A stretch of 63,576 nt of DNA, filler included, from Phoronis australis (GCA_002633005.1; 6 parts of 6 records of this genome joined end to end with filler, not necessarily neighbours in it); one strand, 5' to 3'. Counted from the whole stretch's first letter, positions 50,015 through 63,576 are shown. Notes: generated by a model not told the origin, from the sequence alone. Program-made: numbers and translations.

Positions 50015-50102
50015 GTGTCTAAAAATACTCAAGACGGAGTTCCAGAAAGACTTGTCTCGAAAATACGGAGTGAAAGCCCTAAAGTACCTGTCTGTGGAGT
50101 GA
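50015..50102 (+). CDS. LARGE: LARGE terminal coding exon
   Basis: CLKILKTEFQKDLSRKYGVKALKYLSVE then TGA (50100-50102); matches the LARGE1 C-terminus. Confidence 0.95.
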
Positions 50103-53100
50103 TGATCTGCAACTCTTGAAACAAAGAATGCTAGTGATGGGTAACATCTGATGTACCAACAGAGGGAGCCACACAGACTGGAATACACTATAATCGAACC
50201 AATCAGGCTAAAGCCTGTCAATAGGTGGCGAGCTGGCACTGACTGAGGCAAGGAAAAGCTGACTATCGTATCATACCTATATTGGTGACTAGGACAATTC
50301 AGTTCAACAAGTACAGGCATTTATTGCAATTTTAACGCAGAGGCCATTTCACATAAGTCACTTCGGAAGTAAGAAGCGTTGGCATTGATTGACTTAGTTC
50401 AGCAGAGTGTACGAAAGCTTATAAATATCTGGAAGATTCAGCTTTTATCAGATTTCTTGCACCGATACAGAGGCTGACTTAGAAGTAGAAAGCACAAAAT
50501 GCTGTTATTTCTTTGCACTATTTTGATGGAAACTTTCACTTTTGCCCGGCTCGTCCACTAAGTCGTGGAAAATCTACCAAATTTGTGACCGATCATTTAT
50601 GAGAGCATGTTGTCTTCTATTGAAAATTGTTGCCATTGTTGCAATCGATGTTAAACTTTGTTACTACTCTTGCTTTTGTGACATGGTTGATTAAGAATGG
50701 TTATTTTTTGCAAAATTTTGATATATTAAGCTTCCATTCTTTTTTAAACAAAAAGTGACTTCTTTAGTTAGTTACAAAATAATACAATGAGGATCATTCC
50801 ATCGTCATAAGTCACAAAATGTTTCGCTGGAGGGCTTATTTTGATCCGTGTGCAGGTACTTCTTAGAAGAACAAGGAACTATTCTATAAAAGGTTGTCAA
50901 ATGTTAAAAAACTCTGGTAGGCCTTAGTAAAAGGTTATTGTGTCTTCCATTATCTAGCCTAGACATAGTAAGCTGCAGGTCGTATTTGTGACCTAAAATT
51001 CGAAACTGCGAGCCGAGATTTGAGCCAGTTAGCAGTAGTCACATGCGTGCGTCTTGGAAATTCCAACTCACGCGAGTCATGTTTTTTAACACCTCCTTCA
51101 GTAAGCGACTAACATGTCACACGTGACTGATTGGGACAGCAAAATATTTATCATTTTGTTCAAGGTCGGAGCATGTACTAAATTTTAGAAATAGGCAGTT
51201 ATACTTTCTGTACCAAATTCAAGAGTTGGGATCAAGGACAATCATTTGCCTTGATGATTCACTTTATTTGGAGGCATGAAAATGTTGCGTTGATGACTAT
51301 TTTCGACAAATTTGAAGAAAAGAATAGTCTGTTATGAGGCTTTGTCAATAGAAAAATGTAGTGTCCAATATTTCAGAAATATGAGAGCCAATATTGCTTG
51401 TGTCCCAATCTTCAGTATCGAGAAAATTGAATTCAGGTTTGAATTTTGGTGTCCCAAAATTTAGAAACTGTCCCAAACTGGAGAATTTTTACCCTAATCA
51501 GTTGACTTACAGGTACTAATCAATGTGAAAAAACATTAACAAGTCAGATATCCATGACAACGGCGCTCATTTTTGGATTTTTTTAACATGCAATATTTTG
51601 GAAACTGGGAACTATGAGTGCAACATAGGTTCTAAACATGTGATGCGGAGTTTTAGCCAGTCGCAAATGACAACCTGTCAATTTTCATAGTATTGAGGGC
51701 TGATTATATTTATTGGGTTCTTGTTTGGACCAGAGGGTAGTGTCCTGCACTGAATGTACAGTGGGGAGAATTCAAATCATTACATGGAAACCTACTCAGT
51801 ACATGTACGATTTTTTTCTGAAGGGATTACTTGTTTGACAGTTCATTAACTGTAACTCCAAATGTAGGTACACAAAAATACTGCTTTTTTGTCACCAAAG
51901 CATACTAGTCATCCGTGATAATTGTGACCTGTCATGGTTTCATTTTGGGATATTGAATGGTGAAGTTTGTTGAAAAACACCTTAGGCACGGAAGCATATA
52001 TCTCTTGTTTGTTCTCTTCATTGTCTTTTTGATAATCTTAGACAGAATGTAGAGCTAGAATCGTTAATGTCATAATCTGTTAAGTAGGAACTGGAATTAT
52101 GAGCATAATTATTTGTATAAGTGAAGAACGTATTTATTTGCATAGAATAATATTTTTAAAACTAATGTTGCTTTCGTCAGGTGGCTGTTGTTTTTATGAA
52201 GCCATCTGTCTTCGTAAACTTATTTATGTCATTGGAGTAGTATGAAGTTAATTTTTTGTCCACCTACATACCATATATAAGCATATTTAGGCTCTTTGCC
52301 TGAATGTGAAGCTGTGCCTATATCCGGAGTAAGGCACATGCTCCTATTTTTGAAAAGCGTAAAACCAAGAAGCAATATTCTAAAATAGCATATGAGTGGA
52401 TCTAGTTCTATCTATTGCAAGATGGTTGATATTGACTGGCGTCCATTTCAACATTAACTCTTTATGGTTAGGTGGGACCCTAGAAAAATGTTTGAATTTG
52501 GCTCAGAAAACTGAGAATTTACAGATATTTGGTACTTCACAATTTTCCTTTGAATGTAGGTGCAAGCATAGAGTATGTATATATTAATCACTGGCTGCGT
52601 TCATGTAGATTGTAATGACTCAGTAGCTTTGTTGTTTCATCTAGTTTGCTAGGCACCTTGAGATCGTGTACATATGCTGGAGCTGAAAGGAAGTTGGTGC
52701 CTTGTCCCCCGGCAAGTCTAACTAACTTCAAGTGTCTGTTTCTCCACAACGGTGGATCTAGGATTTTTAAAAGGGGTGGTCGGATCAAGGATTTTTTAAA
52801 AAGGGTGTCCAAGTCAACGATTAGAAAATGTGAGATTTGATATCATTAAAATTAAGTGAAGAAGGGGTCCATACCCCCTTGATCCCCCTGGATCCACCTA
52901 TGAATTATTGTATGTCTCATTTTGTTGATATGTGTTCGATATAAACTAATTCCACGTTTGCCAAATTAGTGGGAAGTAATGGGAATGGGCTGAAATACGA
53001 TTTTAATTCCACTTTTTAAAATAATGGCTAGGCCATTAAACCTGCTTAATATTGCAAGTGTTGATTACAATGGCATTTTAAAATCATTTTTTCTGGCTCA

Positions 53101-54397
53101 TTCGTTGCGCAAAATGGCCCAAATTCCCTGTCATGGCGACTGGACAGAAGCCAAATTCTTCAGCAGAAGTGTTTTCTCTCGTGACCCAGAATTCCCTGTC
53201 ATGATGGCTGGGTGGAAGCTGAATTCATCGTCAGAGTAGTCTCCCCTGATGACCATCAGAGTAGTCTCCCCTGATGACCAAGAATGAAGGGGAATTAACA
53301 GGAAAGTTAGTAAGCTAGCTTTGCCATTCTGTAATTGGAATTTTGCCCCCAAAATTGTAATTACTAGTGGTTTTCCCTATCGCCCTCAAGACCAGGAAAA
53401 TGTATTTTGTCTAAATACTTTTGTGTTATACTGTAGGATTATTTGTGTTGTATTCATCTTCTGCATAGTAGCTCAGCTTGTTAATAGTGAAATTAGTTCC
53501 CAGGTCTTAACTCTAAGAAAGACATCTTGAACAAATTGACTTAGAGGTGCCAAAGAACAAACACGTTTAATGCATTTTAAGGTTGCATTTCTGGAGGTTG
53601 TGAACAAATTGACAATCCTGTGAGTAAAATGAGAGAACATTGTATTTATTGTATTTTTATCAAGTGTACTGGTTAACCAGGGCCAAAAACAGTCCAGGTA
53701 TGCTGTGGCTGTGGTCAAGTGTTATGCTTGTGTATACAGTTAATATTTATATTTCCCCTAGCCCCTCTTATAGTGACTAGCCAACACTGTGTGGCACTTG
53801 ACTGAGACTGAAATGCCCATTCGCATCATGTGGGATTTGAAAGTTTTCTCAAAGTCAGTCACAAGTGCAGTTTCATGGATGCTTTCTCAGGCTTGTCTGT
53901 TCAATCTGATGACATCATCTTCTTTGCTATCCCTTTCCTGGTAAAAAATTACACCTCTTATGCAGTACAAAACTCGCATAAATTCCGAGGTGCCGTTTTG
54001 TTCTACTTTCAGTTGGCCTTCCGGCCCTTCTGAAAAGTCGGACGAAATCTCTAGGTCTGGTTGGATCCGCTGCTTTGTTTCAGGTTTTGTTTATTAACAA
54101 AAGCAGCTAAGCTTTTTCTATGTAAAATGCTAACCTGATTGTTAGTCGTTTATCATGGACACATGTGAATCCGGCCTGTTGACGAAACTCCGCTGTAGGT
54201 AATGATTATTTATTCAGTTTTTTGTTGAACGACGCTAGTTCATTGACATCAGTTCGACAGTAGTGTTAGCAGTTCTCAGGTGTTCAAGGTTCGATTCTTC
54301 TATGAAGAAATTAGTCTTCCTTGTTCAAACTTTTCTAGATAGAATTGTCAGTGGCATGTTTTCTGCATTACTTGATAATGTAAGTTGACTGTAATCC

Positions 54398-54403
54398 AAT
54401 AAA
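54398..54403 (+). terminator. Candidate LARGE polyadenylation signal
   Basis: AATAAA followed by a T-rich tract, about 4.3 kb after the stop codon; no transcript support. Confidence 0.3.
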
Positions 54404-54753
54404 GATTTTTGTACATTTATTCATTTTCCATTTTGAGTTTCTTAAGTCCGTGGGTAAATTATGCTTGCATAGTTGGCCTAAATTAGACGTCTGGTTTCTT
54501 TAGTATAAAGCTAGGTCGGGGCGTATGCGCGTTACAACCAGCCAGTCGTGAGGCCTGTGTTCCATAGACCCAAAATAATCGCGAGAATATATAATGTGGT
54601 CGCGTGCTTTGGCTGGATATGCACGGCGATATCTCGCGAAGACTTCGTGAATCTCTTGCATGTACGGAACGTAGTCCAGGGTCGGCCTGGCTGGAATTAT
54701 TTTGGGTGCTCTCGTTTTGTATTCATCTTTCTTAACACACATCAAGCACACCA

Positions 54754-54853
54754 NNNNNNNNNNNNNNNNNNNNNNNNNNNNNNNNNNNNNNNNNNNNTTA
54801 ATTAATTAANNNNNNNNNNNNNNNNNNNNNNNNNNNNNNNNNNNNNNNNNNNN
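54754..54853. other. Artificial contig-join spacer
   Basis: 44N-TTAATTAATTAA-44N. Confidence 0.97.
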
Positions 54854-55065
54854 ATTTTTACCAGCTTACAACGCGGAAAGACTTCATCAAGCGAGAGACG
54901 CATCACTGAAACCGGAACGTTTCGTAAATTAAGCCCTGCACATTATTTACGCTTGCCAATTAATAAAAAAGTGCGGGTCAGTGCTGCTCAACGATTCCTG
55001 TACTTGCCGTTATTTCGGTTTTCTTAATGACTTGACAACAAGAAACACGTAAGCTCTCTTGGAGA

Positions 55066-55250
55066 CCCTGTGTGTCCTGAGTGTGATACTGACGTTGAAA
55101 CCCCTAAACACCTGGTAGAGTCTTGTCTAGCTTTTTATAGGCTAAGGAGCAACCTACTGGATGGCACTGTTACATGCATACAACATATAGTGCATGGCAA
55201 CAAATGGAAACGTCTGTCTGTTTTCTTAAATGAGAAAACTTCTTTCACGA
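55066..55250 (+). mobile_element. Non-LTR retrotransposon 3' remnant (CCHC knuckle)
   Basis: CPECDTDVETPKHLVESC...R..L resembles the C-terminal C-x2-C...E...H....C motif of LINE ORF2. Confidence 0.5.
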
Positions 55251-57074
55251 AGAACCTGCAGATCCATTACGTGGTTCTCGTTAGCTCAGGCGTTTCGTGC
55301 AATGGACCCAACCATGAGGCCTGCGCACGTCTGATGCACTGCAAATGACGCCAAACCACCAACACTTTTTTCTGTTGCCTTGTCTGTTGAACAGGATACA
55401 CGGTGTCAGATCACTGTGTTTTGTAATCGCGTTTGTGTTCACCATAACAGGTGTCAAATCCCTTAGGCTTTATGGCCTGGCTTTGTGTTCATCACAAAAC
55501 ACTGGATCAATTCATTTGCGTTTAATAATCTTGTTTTGTGTTGGCAAAAACGTCAAAAAGTGTCGCTGCGATCGCTTACTTATGTTCTTAGGTATTGAGA
55601 AACACGGTGCCAAGATATTGCGTCTTCAGTCGTCCTTTCTCAAGTAAATTTCTTCCTTCAAATATATTCTGTCTTTCTTTGCGCGGGTTAATTTATAGTA
55701 CGTATACGCGTTCCCCTGTTTTGGTGCTTCCGTCGTATTTTATGCAAAATTGGTTAAATACACGACACTTATCGCTATTAACAATCTTTATTCCATTCCT
55801 TTCCATGCACGCACCCATCCTAAAAATGGAGGGGCTCGAATTTTTTAAAATGCGGGCCTTTTATTATAAAAAACGGGTACGTTCAAAGCTATGAATTGTG
55901 CATTCACCGAAATTTTGATAGTTCCTGCCTTTTTAGTGGGTTTTGTTTCGTTTTCTACTTTTTCGGACTTTTTGTTTCTCTGATGCGGACATTTTTGCCC
56001 ACNTTAAAAAGCTTACTTTCTTCAGTGATCCTTTCTGCTTCAACGCATATCTTCGATGAAGCATAGCTACGACAATCAATGTGACTTTGGAGAAGATTTT
56101 CAACTCCACTTTTTTGGTTACCATTATCTTTTTCAACGCGCGCGCGCGATAACCACGAAGTACTTCAACTGAGTCAGGCGAGTTAGGCAAAGACTAGCAC
56201 GAGACTGAGCGAAGCGCGTGACGTGTCACGTGGCACTTGCACACTAGCATGGGATGATATCAGGTGAAATTTTTAAGATTTGTGTCCCTTGGACTTTTTT
56301 TCGTGAACAGACGTGATTTCACGTAACTTCCTCCAATGGCCCACAGTGAGAGAAACTGCGAATCGCGACAGATTTTCATGGATATGTTCAATTTATGCTG
56401 ACTAAATTGTATCCAGAGTCATGATATGCCTTAATTATAACTCCATGTTCCTATACGCATGTTTCATTCGATTTTACTTGCAGTATTTTGAAATGAGTAA
56501 CTTTTTATGGGGATGCACTATCGCCAGTGTATGCCTGCGGCATTCAGGGCGATGTAATTGCTTAACTTGTTTCATTCTCAAGTGGAAATAAAATGAAGCA
56601 GTAACACAACCACAGAGCAAAAGCTAGTAACATGCACAGTGGGACACGGCAAGTATGAAATAATGCAAAGAATGAAGAATGGAGAGGACAACAGGAAAGT
56701 CACGCAAACAAGCGTAAAGTGCGGCGCGACCCAGTTTGCTGATCATTCAAAACAGGTTTCTCTAATGTAATCAAAAGTGACCCCAATACTTTCAATCACA
56801 GCATATCGTGCTTACGTATCGAATTGACGAGTTTTCCACAATTTCTTGACGTTCATGACATTGCAAAATGTTTTTGGATAGCGCCAATTTGAAGATGCAT
56901 AGGTAACCAACGGGAAAGACAGCAAACCGTTTGACCAACAGTGACATTGGTTGTCATTTGAACGAAGACATTCGTTCATAAGGCATACAAACTCATAAAA
57001 ACACTACACTGGGCAACTCGGCGGACTTTCGCTTTAGAAATGTTATTTTTGATGAAGTTGGAGGACTTCCTATT

Positions 57075-57279
57075 CCGATAATAAATAATGACATCGAGGT
57101 AATCATCGGGCCGTACCGGTAATAAATAATGACATCGAGGTAATTATCGGGCCGATAATAAATAATGAAATCGAGGCAATCATCAGGAGATAATAAAAAA
57201 TGACATCGAGGTAATCATCGGGAGATAATAAAAAATGACATCGAGGTAATCATCGGGCGATAATAAATAATGACATCGA
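57075..57279. repeat. Minisatellite, about 35-bp unit GATAATAAATAATGACATCGAGGTAATCATCGGG, about 6 copies
   Basis: Directly visible. Confidence 0.92.
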
Positions 57280-57699
57280 CAATTTTGCATAACGGAAAAC
57301 GTACTACCGAAGAACAACCATCATACTACAGTAAAAAATGTTGGAATTCAAATTTAATCGTGTAAAGAAGCATTTTGAGCGTTTCGCCCCAAATGCAAAA
57401 GAAGTATGAAAAAATACACAAGTGCAACGCTTCCCAGGAAGTGGTCCCCTTTAATCATGCCATTTCTCTGAAATCGCGGGTTTTATCTTTTTGGCTGTCT
57501 AAAGAGTTGGCATCCCAATCTCCCTGGGGCATCCACCTCCCACCCCGCTTGGTACCTCGTGCGAGAGCTGCAACAAACTCGAGACCTTTCCAGTCAGTAA
57601 TGGAGCGCATCCTTACCGTCCGGTGGCGCCCTCTTCCTCATAATTTGCGATTGATTCAGATGATCCACATTAATGTTTCTATTGTAGTGTTTAAAAAGA

Positions 57700-59650
57700 A
57701 ACGTGTTTATGCTAAACAGCAGAGCAAACAACCCCCTTAGTAGGACAAACCCTAAAAAATCATTCTTTGAATATATTTCGGAAAATTGCAGTATACAAAG
57801 AAAATAAGAAACAATTTCGCACCCTATACAAAGAAAAAGAGCGTCAATCGAAGTTGCTAGAAAACATTTTGGATAGTAGAAATAATCCAAAGCAATTCTG
57901 AGCTCTGGTGAAATCAAATTTTAATAGTAGTCCGAAGGAAACTTCGATAACTCCAGAAGGGTGGTACGTTTATCATTTTTAATTCGTTGCTCAAAAAAGG
58001 ATAGAACTGAGCGACACTATGTCATATGCGGCCGTATGACAAGAAGAAAATCATGACAATTATTGTGATGCTTGTGACGAAAATTTACCCAGTGATTTGA
58101 ACACTTGTTTCTCATGAGTCAAAATTGACTGCGCTATACTGGATCTTCCAAACGGCAATGTAGCCGCATTGATCATGTTGTGTTTGAGATGTTGAAGAAT
58201 ACAAGGATAGCTATTGTTCCTGTATGGGAACTGCTTTTCAATGAAATTCTCGCTACAGGTCAGCTACTCACAGGGCTGGTGTGACGCAGTAATTCTTCCC
58301 ATATTTAAACAGGGTAACACTGAAGATAGAGGTATCTCATTGTTGTCAGCAGTAGGAAAGCTATTCGCCAAACTTTTGAATAACCGGCTTAGCACCTGGA
58401 CTGAGGCAAATGACGAACTTTGTGAATCATAATCCGCAAGGGTTATTGTCCCCCAAGACCAAGTGTTTACGCTTCGGGCCTTGTGCCAAGAATAGTGTGT
58501 GTAAATCTTAAATTGTTTTTTTTTTGAGAAATGGCGGGCCACTCAGAGCGTATAAATGGTATTATAGAAATTAGTTAGTGAAGGTTGTCTCACAAATATA
58601 AATATCTTGGAATATTTTTTGCACTAAGATTAGTTTGGTCCAAAGCGACTAAAACTCTGGCACGTGAAGGTAGTAAAGCTGCTATGTGTTTCTCTGAAAT
58701 TAGAAACCGGTGCACAGAATTACCATTGAGTCTATCACTTGATCTGTTCGATAAAATCACTATGACAACTTGGTGCTACGGTGCGGAAATCTCGGGATTC
58801 AAAGAACATGAATGGTTTGAAAATGCATAACATGTTAATATCTGTAAAATTGCTCTTAGAGTTGGAAACTCTTGCTCAAACACAGCTGTATAAGGCGAAT
58901 GTGGAATTTATCGGCTCAAGGCAAAGTACTGTCTCACATGTGTAAAATATTGACTGAAGTTATTGAAAATGCCACCTCCTAGATACGCTAAAGCGGCTTA
59001 TGACATGATAGCTGATTTAGATCGGAATGGAAGAAATACCTAAGTATCTTCTCTCAGACAATTGCTCTCAAAATGCGGTTTTGAAATTTGTTTGAATCGA
59101 GATGTCACGTGCGAAGTCTCGTTTTTTAAGTTTCTTCGCGCGAAGAGTTAATGACTACTATGAGCAGGGTTGGCAATCAGAAATTGAGCATAATGCAAAA
59201 CTTAAATGGTATTGTAATTTTAAGACTCTGTATTGTTTTGAACCATATCTTAAATTACCGCTACATAATAGTCTTATTCAAGCGTTTACTCGGTTACGTT
59301 GTTCCAACCATAGCCTACAAGTGGAAGTGGGTAGACGCGCGAAAGTGGAATATTACAATAGATTATGTTTGATTTGCAATGATGGTCTTGTAGATTAAGA
59401 ATACCACTTCCTGTTGATTTGCAAGGGATCTTATGAACTTAGGTCAAGTTTTATGAAAGAATTTCAATGGAAGCAACCAACTCAAGAATCCTGTATAGGC
59501 CTGCTAGCTAATCCAGATATATCTGTCATCAAATATGTGCATTCTGCCCTTAAAAGACGAGAAGAACTATAAATGAGTTGACTGCGTGTGCAAATGTGCC
59601 TGTTTAATTTTTGTTTATTGTACTTTTGACCAGAGGCCTTTAATACAAAT
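57700..59650 (+). mobile_element. Decayed non-LTR retrotransposon ORF2 (RTE-X/CR1-group-like), RT core largely deleted
   Basis: WCDAVILPIFKQG...RGISLLSAVGKLFAKLLNNRL, DQVFTLRAL, YKYLGIFF, LFDKI...YGAEISG, FEPYL, RLRCSNHSLQVEVGR...RLCLIC...EYHFLLIC; many stops. Confidence 0.88.
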
Positions 59651-61608
59651 GAACATATGAGATGGTATTGTGTAAATGACCATACATTTCCGTTTTTTTC
59701 AATACTTTATCCAGAAAAAGTCCGGATATAGGCACTCCGACAAATGAGGATAAATTGGACGTCTGTTTATAGTTTTAATGTAGCAAATCAAGAAATATTT
59801 CAGTTTCGTGTTCCGAACCAGTGGGCCAGACGGGTCCAGTTTTCTAATTAGATTCTGCACCGTTGCATTGACTCTATACGTCCGCGAATGACGTGAGCGT
59901 GTTTGCGCGTGTGTGTGTGTGCGTGACCGTAGAATTTGTAATGGTTTAACACAGGCAAATTGAAAAATATGTTCAGAAGTGTTTCAGCCGCATACAATTT
60001 CATTATCTTCATTGACAGATTGACGTGCTGAAATTGGCTCACAGACAATTTGGTAATATCGTGAATCTCATTGAAGATATGAAAACAGATGTGCGCTATG
60101 TCTATGCTGGCAACAGATTTTCACTGGAGAAACTGAGACGTGATATCCACATCACAGGTATTCTTAGCAGAGACTGTAAATTTTTAACCTGCGCCTCAAC
60201 GGAAGTTTTGGAAAATAAAGATATCTCATCCTGTTCGAAAGTGTTTGCTTACTAATCTTAACAACACAGAAAATGAAAAATATTCTTTCGTTGTAAAAAG
60301 CTTTTCTACATTTATTTAGAATGTTTTTAAGGTAAAATTCTCAAAGTTATTAGCTTGGATCGAAACCGCAAAATCAATGTTTTTCGATTTTTTTTACCTA
60401 TCGGCCAATCCTTGTGCTTGCTTGCAGCAAAGTTAATCGAAATAGAGGCAGTGATGTCATCATCATATATACGTTCATGGTCACGTTTAAGTGATTGTGA
60501 ATGTAAACCTAAGCTAAATTCCAGTGTTGGACTTCCTCGCCGACTCTCAGATACTTCGAAATTATGTCAAATATCGAAGCAAAACTGGTCAAATTCGCTT
60601 TTTAAACCCGATGATCAGATAATTACAACTGTTAACCTATGCTGTTTTTGGAGTGAGGGTAGCAATGACCATAGTAATGTGTTTTTGTACATCACGCATG
60701 AGTGCTTGAAGATCATAACTATTACACTTATGGGGAGACCTAGAAAAACGTCCAAATGGCCAACTTCAGAACTTCATATCTCAGAAAGAGTGATCGGATT
60801 CATATGAAACTATTAGACGCTATGTTGTATGCACTGTTGTTCAAACCTAAATTAGGAATTGCTTTTAAATTGCTCTACTTTTGTATGAAAGGCTATCAAA
60901 ATGGGACTTTTGCGATCTTCAAGATAAAACGCAAAATTTGAAATAAAAAAAAAGAAAATGAAATAGTTTAGAAAACTGTATCACCGTTTATATTAAATAA
61001 AATTTGATCATGTTATTAATACCGTCGTTATGTTATCGTTGTAATTTCCTTTTTTGATACATTTTACTAAAAGCTACGATCACGTGACCCGATTAAGGAG
61101 GTTTGAGATTTATAAAGACACGTACATAAGGAAAGATGGTGGGATTAATTGTTAGAATTGCACGGCAAAGTAACTGAGTGTAGCTGAAACCAATTTCGGA
61201 GATACCCTCATCCCAAATAGAACACCATGTCCCAACAATGGCCGCACATGAAACTTTCCGCGACTTTGCTTTACTATTTTTTCCAAAAACTTTGCTAGCA
61301 GTTGCTGTAATGTTCCAGTTTTGCACGAGGGCTATTAAAATAGGATTTCCCTTCTTAAACTGATCTTGAGCATTCATATCACTTAAATAAAATTTCATTA
61401 TATTAGTGATACCTTTGTTGTGACATGACTGTAACTTTCTTTTTAACTACAATTTTCTAAAAAGACATTTTCACGTGACTGAGTTAATGGCAGATCAATA
61501 AAAAGTCATAAATTGAAGTCTACGGGCTGTCCACTTCCAGAAATATGCACTTTTACTGAGTGAAAAATCAATCTATAATTCTGTAGATATTTGGCTAAAT
61601 AAGCAATA

Positions 61609-61743
61609 AGGCTGTCTACCCTGTGTTTCGCAGTTAGGCTGTCTACCCTGTGTTTCGCAGTTAGGCTGTCTACCCTGTGTTTCGCAATTAGGCTGTCTAC
61701 CCTGTGTTTCGCAATTAGGCTGTCTACCCTGTGTTTCGCAGTT
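61609..61743. repeat. Minisatellite, 27-bp unit AGGCTGTCTACCCTGTGTTTCGCA(G/A)TT x5
   Basis: Directly visible; explains the NCETQGRQP repeats in ORF 61573-61896. Confidence 0.95.
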
Positions 61744-62426
61744 ATCTATGAGTGTTCGGTTCAGTGGTACAAAACTGTCACCAAGACTACGAAAGCTAGT
61801 AACAATAATGCAAGAAACCGGCGCACTCAGTGCGTTGCACGCCACATGGTGATATTCTCCGATGCCCTTAATTAAGAACCTGGTGTAGTCTACCATTCTG
61901 TGCTAGAATATATTATGGTTTTCGTCTAATACTAGTTCACGCTTGCTAAGTTTCATCACAAAATCTCGAAATTGTAGCTCGAAAGATTTTGACCGCAACT
62001 AATCTGCTAAAACGAATATACTTGAGCATACAATCAAAGACATTATCTTGATTTCGTCCTCAAATAAAAAAGAAAATATCAGAAATAAAATGAAGGCCAG
62101 TTAAGATTGATTTCACTCGTAGATATCTTGCAACTGAGAAAAGTATAATACTCTTTGTCCCATGGCTAAGTGCCAAGTTTTCGTCTCATACGAGTGGCCC
62201 GAGTATTGCTCAATACGGCCCGATTCATCAGCAGGAGACAGATAATATGCATATCAGATGTAAAAATTGATTATGACTGTCCACTATTTAGTTTCACTCT
62301 TTAGTTCACAGACGAGAGAAAGTTGTTTTGGCATTCGTTTAAAGGAAATACGTTTCAGCAACTTCGAATGAAAAAATTACCCAACTATGAGAGAAGCTAC
62401 ATTAATTTGAAGAGTGAAAGTCACGA

Positions 62427-62526
62427 NNNNNNNNNNNNNNNNNNNNNNNNNNNNNNNNNNNNNNNNNNNNTTAATTAATTAANNNNNNNNNNNNNNNNNN
62501 NNNNNNNNNNNNNNNNNNNNNNNNNN
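62427..62526. other. Artificial contig-join spacer
   Basis: 44N-TTAATTAATTAA-44N. Confidence 0.97.
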
Positions 62527-62546
62527 AAAAAAAAATTTCAGGTGTC

Positions 62547-63128
62547 GGGGTTAAACCGTGGCAACCGATATAGGCGTGGGCCAGGGACAGTCGAGAAAGG
62601 AAAGACAGCGAAATACGTCGGATGAGAGAGAAAATTCAAAAAATATTTAACAACTCTACATCAGTGCATGGTTTACCTTTGAGGACCCTGGCCAGGACAT
62701 TGTCGTTAGGGTCTCCGCTTTTGCAGCAAACGCGCTTGAAAATGTCGCACAAAAAATCGAGAAATTTTGTAAAGCGGAGCGTACTAATTTACTGGATTTT
62801 TAAATTCAATAAGTCAATTTTGCGAGTGCAAAACTATATTTTTCCAGATGCAAGAGATAACGGAGACAACATTCGCTTTAGTCTCGAAACTATATCTTGA
62901 GAAAAATTGATGACCTGACAGACTCCATGCAATTGCTTCGTATTTCTTGATATTTGAAAATATAGATATTTTCATATTTAGGAGCCCCCCCCCTCTTGAG
63001 GGAGGCCATAACGGTGACATTCAAGTGGCCACCTTAATTGTGTTCAGCATGGGGCCCGGCTCGAGAAGGCCCAATGTTGAATCGCCTTTACCTCTATATA
63101 TTCTGTTTTTTGTGACATCGTGCAACCG
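62547..63128 (+). repeat. Dispersed repeat, copy 2 (homologous to 16872-17472)
   Basis: Colinear similarity over about 580 bp ending at CGTGCAACCG. Confidence 0.8.
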
Positions 63129-63576
63129 TGCGAATCAGATTTGTAACAAATTTCCTATAGGCCGATATCGATATTCCTATAGGAATTACTATAGGAAATC
63201 TTGACCCTATAGGAATCCTATAGGACCCCATTCCTACAGGATCCTATATTTTCGTACCGGGAATTCTTGGGCCTGCATTGTGGACAACCGGACACCGGCG
63301 ATGGCCTCTTTAATAGTAAACTGTCTAATTTTCTACATAATCAGTTCTGCAATTATTCGCTCCGTCCCTTCTTCAAAAAAACACCCATGTTTTGACAAAA
63401 CGAGGTTGCGGAAGCCGCAGTCGTGAAACGTGCGAGCGAGCATCCGATAGAACTCTGACTGAACCCGATCTACCCGATAGGCCTATAACGATTACCTCGT
63501 AAAACACCGTCGGACGTTTTTCTTACCACTGACAATTTACGAGCGTAAAAAATGGGCACCACTGAACTTTCCCCTC

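Noticed and set aside
1-50102. Functional clustering of spectrin and LARGE (membrane skeleton and dystroglycan glycosylation)
   Set aside because: They lie on different blocks separated by artificial spacers; linkage is unsupported.
50100-50105. TGATGA at the LARGE stop (selenocysteine or readthrough?)
   Set aside because: Position matches the normal LARGE C-terminus; no SECIS-like element recognised.
54500-54751. Minus-strand ORF end resembling a Kolobok transposase C-terminus
   Set aside because: Truncated by the spacer and similarity too weak to call.

Overview
Eukaryotic (invertebrate animal-like), AT-rich, intron- and transposon-rich DNA. The window is six sequence blocks joined by five identical artificial 100-bp spacers (44 N + TTAATTAATTAA + 44 N), so adjacency across spacers is not evidence of biological linkage. 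Host genes read by eye: nine internal minus-strand exons of a beta-heavy/beta-V spectrin (SPTBN5/karst-like; 1-14005), the last five plus-strand exons of a LARGE xylosyl/glucuronyltransferase (45555-50102), and a disabled TRAF1/2-like coiled-coil fragment (20248-20991). The rest is mostly mobile DNA: two BEL/Pao remnants, Kolobok-type TTAA elements (THAP), CAG-flanked Harbinger-type MITEs, an Academ-like element, a SWIM+YqaJ ORF split by two nested insertions, a decayed LINE, Penelope-type GIY-YIG sequences and minisatellites. The most unusual object is a 2.66-kb element in a spectrin intron (8269-10929). It has 30-bp TIRs and a TAA duplication but no transposase or reverse transcriptase. It carries seven copies of a 16-bp motif, an intact stand-alone Neptune/Penelope-type GIY-YIG endonuclease ORF and a downstream hammerhead-like motif. 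No rRNA, tRNA or CRISPR array was seen. All family assignments come from motif recognition, not database searches.
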